This document shows positions 58,995-64,000 of a stretch of 64,000 nucleotides of DNA, in pieces. The position numbers and the translations under genes are program-made. The notes under the pieces are model-generated. The model did no database searches. It was not told the DNA's origin and saw only the letters and a list, made by a program, of their open reading frames with translations. This DNA is from Candidatus Euphemobacter frigidus. Lineage in GTDB: Bacteria; Auribacterota; Erginobacteria; Erginobacterales; Erginobacteraceae. The first letter of the stretch is position 1, and every line of letters begins with the position of its first letter. The stretch is taken from positions 19,047-83,046 of the forward strand of contig JAVCDH010000091.1 in assembly GCA_030765805.1 (NCBI GenBank). Direction: 5' to 3'.

Positions 58995-61004
58995 ATGATC
59001 CGGTCAAAAAAAATAATATTGATATTGCTATTTATTTTCGCCGTGGGATGTTTTCTCCGGCTCTATCAACTCGGGAAAAATAGCCTCTGGCTCGATGAAC
59101 TGATGCAGGTTCAACGGGCATCCCTGCCTATAAATGAATGCGTCCGGGCCGTCTTAAATGACGCCGACCAGATGCCCCTCTCTTATCTGACCCTGCACTT
59201 TACGCTGCAATTCGGAAAATCCGACTTCCTGGTGCGCCTCCCTGAAGCAATATTCGGCTCTCTCTCCATCCTGCTGATCTTTCAGCTGGGAAGAATGCTG
59301 TTCGGGACCCGGGCCGGCCTGATGGCTGCTTTTTTACTTGCCTGTTCCCCCTTTCATATCAATTACAGCCAGGAAAGCCGTTTCTACGCGAGCATGATCT
59401 TTTTCATCCTCCTCTTTAATATTGCTTTCTTCCATGCCATGAGAAAAGAGAAGTTGAAAGCTGTTTCATTCCTGTTCCTGGTAGTAGCCGGGATACTCTC
59501 TTTATACACTCATATTTTCACCCTCTTGAATATTGCCTTAATGCTTGGCGTAGTCCTGATTGGAATTATAATTAAGAAGAGTAGAACGGACGGAAATAAT
59601 CTATCTTCCTGGCTCATTATCCTGGCTTTGCTCTCCGTGTGCGCGACCTATATACCTTACTATCTTTTTACCGGCAGCCTGGTCGAACCCATGGAATCTT
59701 CGGAAACAATCGCTTCGGGATGGCGGGAAGCCTGGATTTCGTGGGTAATGTTTACCAACGGCTACCCCGGCAAAGCAATCGGTGAAAAGGCATTTTATAT
59801 TGTGATGCTGGGATCATTTCTATTCGGCCTGTGGAAGACACAGATCCGTTCCCGATGGCTGGGATTTTATCTTCTGTTAATCACCATTCTGATTCCTGTA
59901 ATTATAGTAACTGGTGAAATGAAATTTGGAAAATTTTTTGCGCCGCGGCACATATCTATTGCTTTTCCTTTTGTGATTATTTTAATTGCGAGGGGGGTCT
60001 GCGGATTATCCCGGTGGCTGCAGAGGAGTTACCGGCCAACTGCCGCCACTCTCTTCTGGATCTTGTTTCTCGGTTATTCCACGTTCACCTACGCGCGGAG
60101 CTACTGGGGGTATGAACGATTCCGCTGGAAAGATGATTACCGGAGCGCCGGGCTGTTTATTGCCCGTAACATTGGTAGCGATGACTACGTTATCGCTCCC
60201 GGGTTTTTCCCCTACATCAAACATTACCTCCGTGGAGTTAGTGAAGACAATCTCATTCCCACTTTCTGGAACCTTTATGAGGAGGAAGAGGAGATGCTCC
60301 ACAGCGGCCGGAGGATCTGGATCTTTAAAAGTAAATATTTAAAGGTCCCGAAAGTCAGAAAAATCGTGGAGGAATGTGAGCGTTTGCCCGGGGCGAAACT
60401 GAAATTCTATTTTCCCGACAACCATTACGTTATAGTAATTGATCCCCAAAAATCCGAGGAAGAATTGATTGGTGATTTCTATGAAGCGAGCTTTCCTTCA
60501 CCTTCTCCGATGGTAAGTCTGGCCAATATATTGATAAAAAATGGTGAATATAAAAGAGCCCGACGGCTTCTAGAAAAGAAGACTGTTTACAATTCAAGAA
60601 TAGACCGGGCCTACCGATATTACACAATCGGAAAGATATTGATGAAGCAACATGAACGAAAACATGACCGCTGTAAGGTTAATGAAGCGAGTGAGTATTA
60701 CCGAAAGGCATATGAAACTTGGCCGAGTTTCTGGAATCTGGAAAATCTGGTGGGAGCTTATTATAATACAGGTAATGACACTGCGTTTAAAAAGTACGCC
60801 CTGAAAGCAATTAAAAGATTCCGGGGAGGACCTTACCCGCTCTGGCGCATACACCGGAGACTGGCCCGATATTTCTTAAAAAGCGGGAATTACAATCAAG
60901 CCGAATATTACGCCCGGGAATGTATCAGAGGTTGCCAGGATCCGGAACTCGTTGATGAGATGGATAAGATATTGACTTATGATCGCCACCGGGAAGAGAT
61001 CTGA
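58995..61004 (+). CDS. GT-C (ArnT/PMT-like) glycosyltransferase with C-terminal TPR-like region
   Basis: LRLYQLG..SLW.DE, P.L.Y, RLP, SP.HI.YSQE.R.Y, APRH. Confidence 0.82.
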   Translation: MIRSKKIILILLFIFAVGCFLRLYQLGKNSLWLDELMQVQRASLPINECVRAVLNDADQMPLSYLTLHFTLQFGKSDFLVRLPEAIFGSLSILLIFQLGRMLFGTRAGLMAAFLLACSPFHINYSQESRFYASMIFFILLFNIAFFHAMRKEKLKAVSFLFLVVAGILSLYTHIFTLLNIALMLGVVLIGIIIKKSRTDGNNLSSWLIILALLSVCATYIPYYLFTGSLVEPMESSETIASGWREAWISWVMFTNGYPGKAIGEKAFYIVMLGSFLFGLWKTQIRSRWLGFYLLLITILIPVIIVTGEMKFGKFFAPRHISIAFPFVIILIARGVCGLSRWLQRSYRPTAATLFWILFLGYSTFTYARSYWGYERFRWKDDYRSAGLFIARNIGSDDYVIAPGFFPYIKHYLRGVSEDNLIPTFWNLYEEEEEMLHSGRRIWIFKSKYLKVPKVRKIVEECERLPGAKLKFYFPDNHYVIVIDPQKSEEELIGDFYEASFPSPSPMVSLANILIKNGEYKRARRLLEKKTVYNSRIDRAYRYYTIGKILMKQHERKHDRCKVNEASEYYRKAYETWPSFWNLENLVGAYYNTGNDTAFKKYALKAIKRFRGGPYPLWRIHRRLARYFLKSGNYNQAEYYARECIRGCQDPELVDEMDKILTYDRHREEI

Positions 61005-62036
61005 GGTAGTCATATATCCGGTGGGCTATCAACTCATGTCCGACCGGGGTTGGATGTCCATCTCCGAGAATATAAAGATTGTCCCTGCCGGAAAAGTTGG
61101 GGAGTATTTCGATTACATCAATTCCGTTCCGCCGCCCATGATTTATCAGTGCCTCCAATTCATAATTATACCCCTTATCCAATTCGGGCTTTTTCGGGAT
61201 AACCGCTATGACGAATTCAGCACCATATTGCCGGCAGAGATCACGCATGGCCAAAATTATTTTTTCCGATATTAATATGCTCTCCTCTCCATAAGGTCCA
61301 CAAATGACTCGGCCGGCTTTGGTCGATCCCAATCTCTTCATGATGAAATCCATAAAATAACTTTTATAATGATCGAAGAAGATATTTCTCCAACGCCGAT
61401 ACTCTTCACCAACTTCTATTTTTTCCGGAACCGGCACATTAGTAAGTTTGAGCCGGTTGAAGTAGATCTTAAAACGCGGACGCCCGTATCCGCTGGCCCA
61501 TTGATAAAGGCCTACCCGCCGGATAACATCATTGATTAAACCCAGAATAACAATATTCGGCCGGATGCGAGGGATTTCTTCCTTGAGCCAGAGGTACATC
61601 TGATCGAGACCATATCCACAGGCCCCCATATTTATCACTCTCCATTCCTTATTTCTGAGTTTCTCTTCCAGTTCTCTTCAGCGGCCATCCGGTGACCGAA
61701 TGTAAAAGAATCCCCTAAAGCAATTATTGTTTTTTTATGGGGGAGAGTACTGGAAATCCGATTTTCCCGTCCGGATCCAACTCGAAATCCGTGGGAATTA
61801 ATAATAACTGATTTATTTCCCCACTTATCCGGTAAAATTTTTCCCGGGATATGCTTCCAGCCTAAAGTAGAATTGTACTCGTTCCAGATGTCTTCGGGGA
61901 TCGGGATAGTCTGAAAAATTTCGCTGGTAAAAACGGCATAAATCCGAGAAGCAATTTCACCTGTAACCAGAAACAAAATTACACTGATCGTCAAAATGGA
62001 TAGGTTGATAAGAGATCGTTGAAATTTATTCGGCAT
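60925..62036 (-). pseudogene. SGNH/GDSL hydrolase-like gene split by a frameshift near 61670
   Basis: ORF 61635-62036 has INSHGFR and GDSFTFG; ORF 60925-61638 has IN.G..GYG.DQ, ND and DGHP. Confidence 0.7.
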
Positions 62037-62273
62037 CGGTTATATCCCAATCCGGTTTCCACAGGTTTAAAATTTTATTCTACTTGTCCTTCTGATAATC
62101 ACCAGTTATATTTAGCCTGATTCACTGTTTCGGAATTATTAAAGTAATCTCCAGTATTGCCTTAATATAACCATAATGGTCGTTTTCAAAACATAAAAGT
62201 AGCGGCCCCGATTTCTTCGGGGTAGACTACGCCGCTATTTTTATATCCGCTTAAATAAAGCAAAAGCTATCCC

Positions 62274-63548
62274 ATGTTTATCAAAAGACAAATCAAAAAT
62301 AAATTTGTTTTTAATATTGTCGGTAAGTTAGCGACCTTATTTCTTTCTGTATTTATTTTCTCATTAATCTTAGATTGGACGTTAGGCCTTTTCGGTTTTC
62401 CATCAAAGGGAAAAGTTTGTTACAGTCATCCTCCTAATCGTTGCGAAATAAGAAAGAATATTGAATTTCAGTACCGATTCGAGAGTAATAGCCGCGGTCT
62501 GCGGTACCGGGAGATTCCCGAGGAAAAACCAGATGGAAGCTATCGGATTTGGGTGGCGGGAGATTCCTTCGTCGAAGGATTGGGGGTAGACGCGGAGGAT
62601 CGGTTTACAGAGTATCTGGAACGATCGTTTAGCCACTCTGAACAGCCGGCTTATTTCATCAACGGAGGTCTGGTAGGAACCGGTCCGCTGGAGTACGGAA
62701 GGCTTTTTCTGAAAATTGGTCTGGATTACAATCCGGATGGATTACTTATCTGCCTTTACGCTAACGACTTAATAAATACACAAGCAAATGTCATTCCCGG
62801 AGACTTATATTATCAGGAGAAGCAACAACATGGAATTGAAAAATTATTCAGGAATCTCTGGCCGAGAATGTTTCTGCTGGTTAAAAAATTTCAGAGCCAA
62901 CACCACCAAAAGAAAACAGCATCTCCTTCGGATTTCTTCAGCATAGTCTCCCAGAAAGCTCTCCGAGACGGAATCCCCCAAGAGAGAATTGCCGAGTGGA
63001 AAGAAGGACTTTCTCCGGAATTGGTGGAAGCCACTAACAAAAAATTATTCTATGGTAATGTATTTAGTAGAGGTTTACTTTATCCCCATTGCTGGATTTC
63101 AACCCTGGATATTAAAGGAGCTAAAGCAGAAGCAAGTTGGAAAGCAATGTCTGGATTACTGGAAGAGATTATAAAACAGGCCCGATCTCACTCTATTAAA
63201 GTTGGACTAATCTTTATTCCATCACGATTTCAATATAATCCTGAAAGTCATAAAGAGTCTAATCCCTGGATCCAAGGGGGAGCCGAAGTTCGGGCCGCGT
63301 GGCTCAATGAAGAGACCGAGATTCAAAGGCGGCTGGCGCTCCTGGCGAAGCAACTTGATCTCCCTTTCCTTGACATGACCACGGATCTTCGCCGGGCTAT
63401 GGAGAGAGGAGCGAAGTTGAACTGGGAATTTGACGATCACTGGACATCAAAAGGACATAAGGTGGCGGGAGAGATTATTCGAGAGTGGATAGACAGAGAA
63501 CAAGTTTTTTCCTTTCTACCCAAATCAATAACGGAAAAAGTGGAATAA
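62274..63548 (+). CDS. SGNH/GDSL hydrolase-like protein (AlgX/AlgJ-like)
   Basis: NSRGLR, GDSF.EG.GV, IN.G..G, AND, DDHW...GH. Confidence 0.82.
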   Translation: MFIKRQIKNKFVFNIVGKLATLFLSVFIFSLILDWTLGLFGFPSKGKVCYSHPPNRCEIRKNIEFQYRFESNSRGLRYREIPEEKPDGSYRIWVAGDSFVEGLGVDAEDRFTEYLERSFSHSEQPAYFINGGLVGTGPLEYGRLFLKIGLDYNPDGLLICLYANDLINTQANVIPGDLYYQEKQQHGIEKLFRNLWPRMFLLVKKFQSQHHQKKTASPSDFFSIVSQKALRDGIPQERIAEWKEGLSPELVEATNKKLFYGNVFSRGLLYPHCWISTLDIKGAKAEASWKAMSGLLEEIIKQARSHSIKVGLIFIPSRFQYNPESHKESNPWIQGGAEVRAAWLNEETEIQRRLALLAKQLDLPFLDMTTDLRRAMERGAKLNWEFDDHWTSKGHKVAGEIIREWIDREQVFSFLPKSITEKVE

Positions 63549-63599
63549 TATACGAATTTAATTCAAACTAAAGTTGAATAGTAAATAGTAGAATTGTTT

Positions 63600-64000
63600 G
63601 TGAGAAAATTTGTTATTCTATATATTGCTCTTTGCCTAGTAATTATTATCGGATTTGCGGAGTTGATCTGCAGGTTTATCCAACCCCCGGGGTCTTTCAC
63701 AACATTATCATACGATCCCGATGTCGGATGGCGTTATAGAGCGAATATTAACCTTAAGATAGGTGACAGTCGATTTATCACCAATTCTTGCGGTTTTCGG
63801 GGCCGGAATTATTCTAAAAATAAACCTGATGATACAGAGAGGATTGTTTTTTTAGGCGATTCTTACGCCGCTGGTATCGGCTTTGAACCCTATCCCGCTT
63901 TACTGGAAAAAAACTTAAATTCTTTAATAAATAGTGGTTGGAAATATGAAGTAATAAATGCCAGCGTAAGCGCATGGGCAACCGATCAGCAATATATTTA
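63600..64000 (+). CDS. SGNH/GDSL hydrolase-like protein, truncated by the window edge
   Basis: GTG start, TM helix, TNSCGFRG, FLGDSY, EVINAS...W.TDQ; open to the end of the window. Confidence 0.75.
   Translation, partial: MRKFVILYIALCLVIIIGFAELICRFIQPPGSFTTLSYDPDVGWRYRANINLKIGDSRFITNSCGFRGRNYSKNKPDDTERIVFLGDSYAAGIGFEPYPALLEKNLNSLINSGWKYEVINASVSAWATDQQYI

Noticed and set aside
63575..63595. GAATAGT AAATAGT possible heptamer pair
   Set aside because: Only two units in AT-rich DNA, compatible with chance.

Overview
Bacterial chromosomal window, probably from an anaerobe; I cannot assign the lineage from the sequence. By eye it is GC-rich over about 1-47 kb and AT-richer over about 47-64 kb. 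Contents in order: a TctA-like permease, NAPRTase, an ECF sigma/anti-sigma pair, a degenerate HtrA, a MoxR-DUF58-BatA-E operon, a TMTC-like GT-C/TPR gene, initiator tRNA-Met, housekeeping genes (ilvC, cobO, suhB, nadB), a Re-citrate-synthase-like/IDH/malic enzyme/fumarase operon, a PA2779-like/C39 peptidase/TPR trio, gcvH-PA-PB with redox genes, and a large Wzx/Wzy polysaccharide locus. The most striking signal is a family of short-period (7-9 nt) tandem arrays that start at stop codons inside operons and often occur as inverted pairs. One pair encloses an intact AT-rich four-helix-bundle gene (23S rRNA IVS protein/Avd-like) inserted between moxR and DUF58. A second pair, with terminal inverted repeats, encloses an unannotated, internally deleted four-helix-bundle remnant (45124-45207). 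Other sites are empty pairs, solo arrays or part of a dispersed ~110-bp repeat. Together they look like full, deleted and empty states of an IVS-like element that sits in mRNA operon junctions. All product calls come from motif recognition, not database searches.
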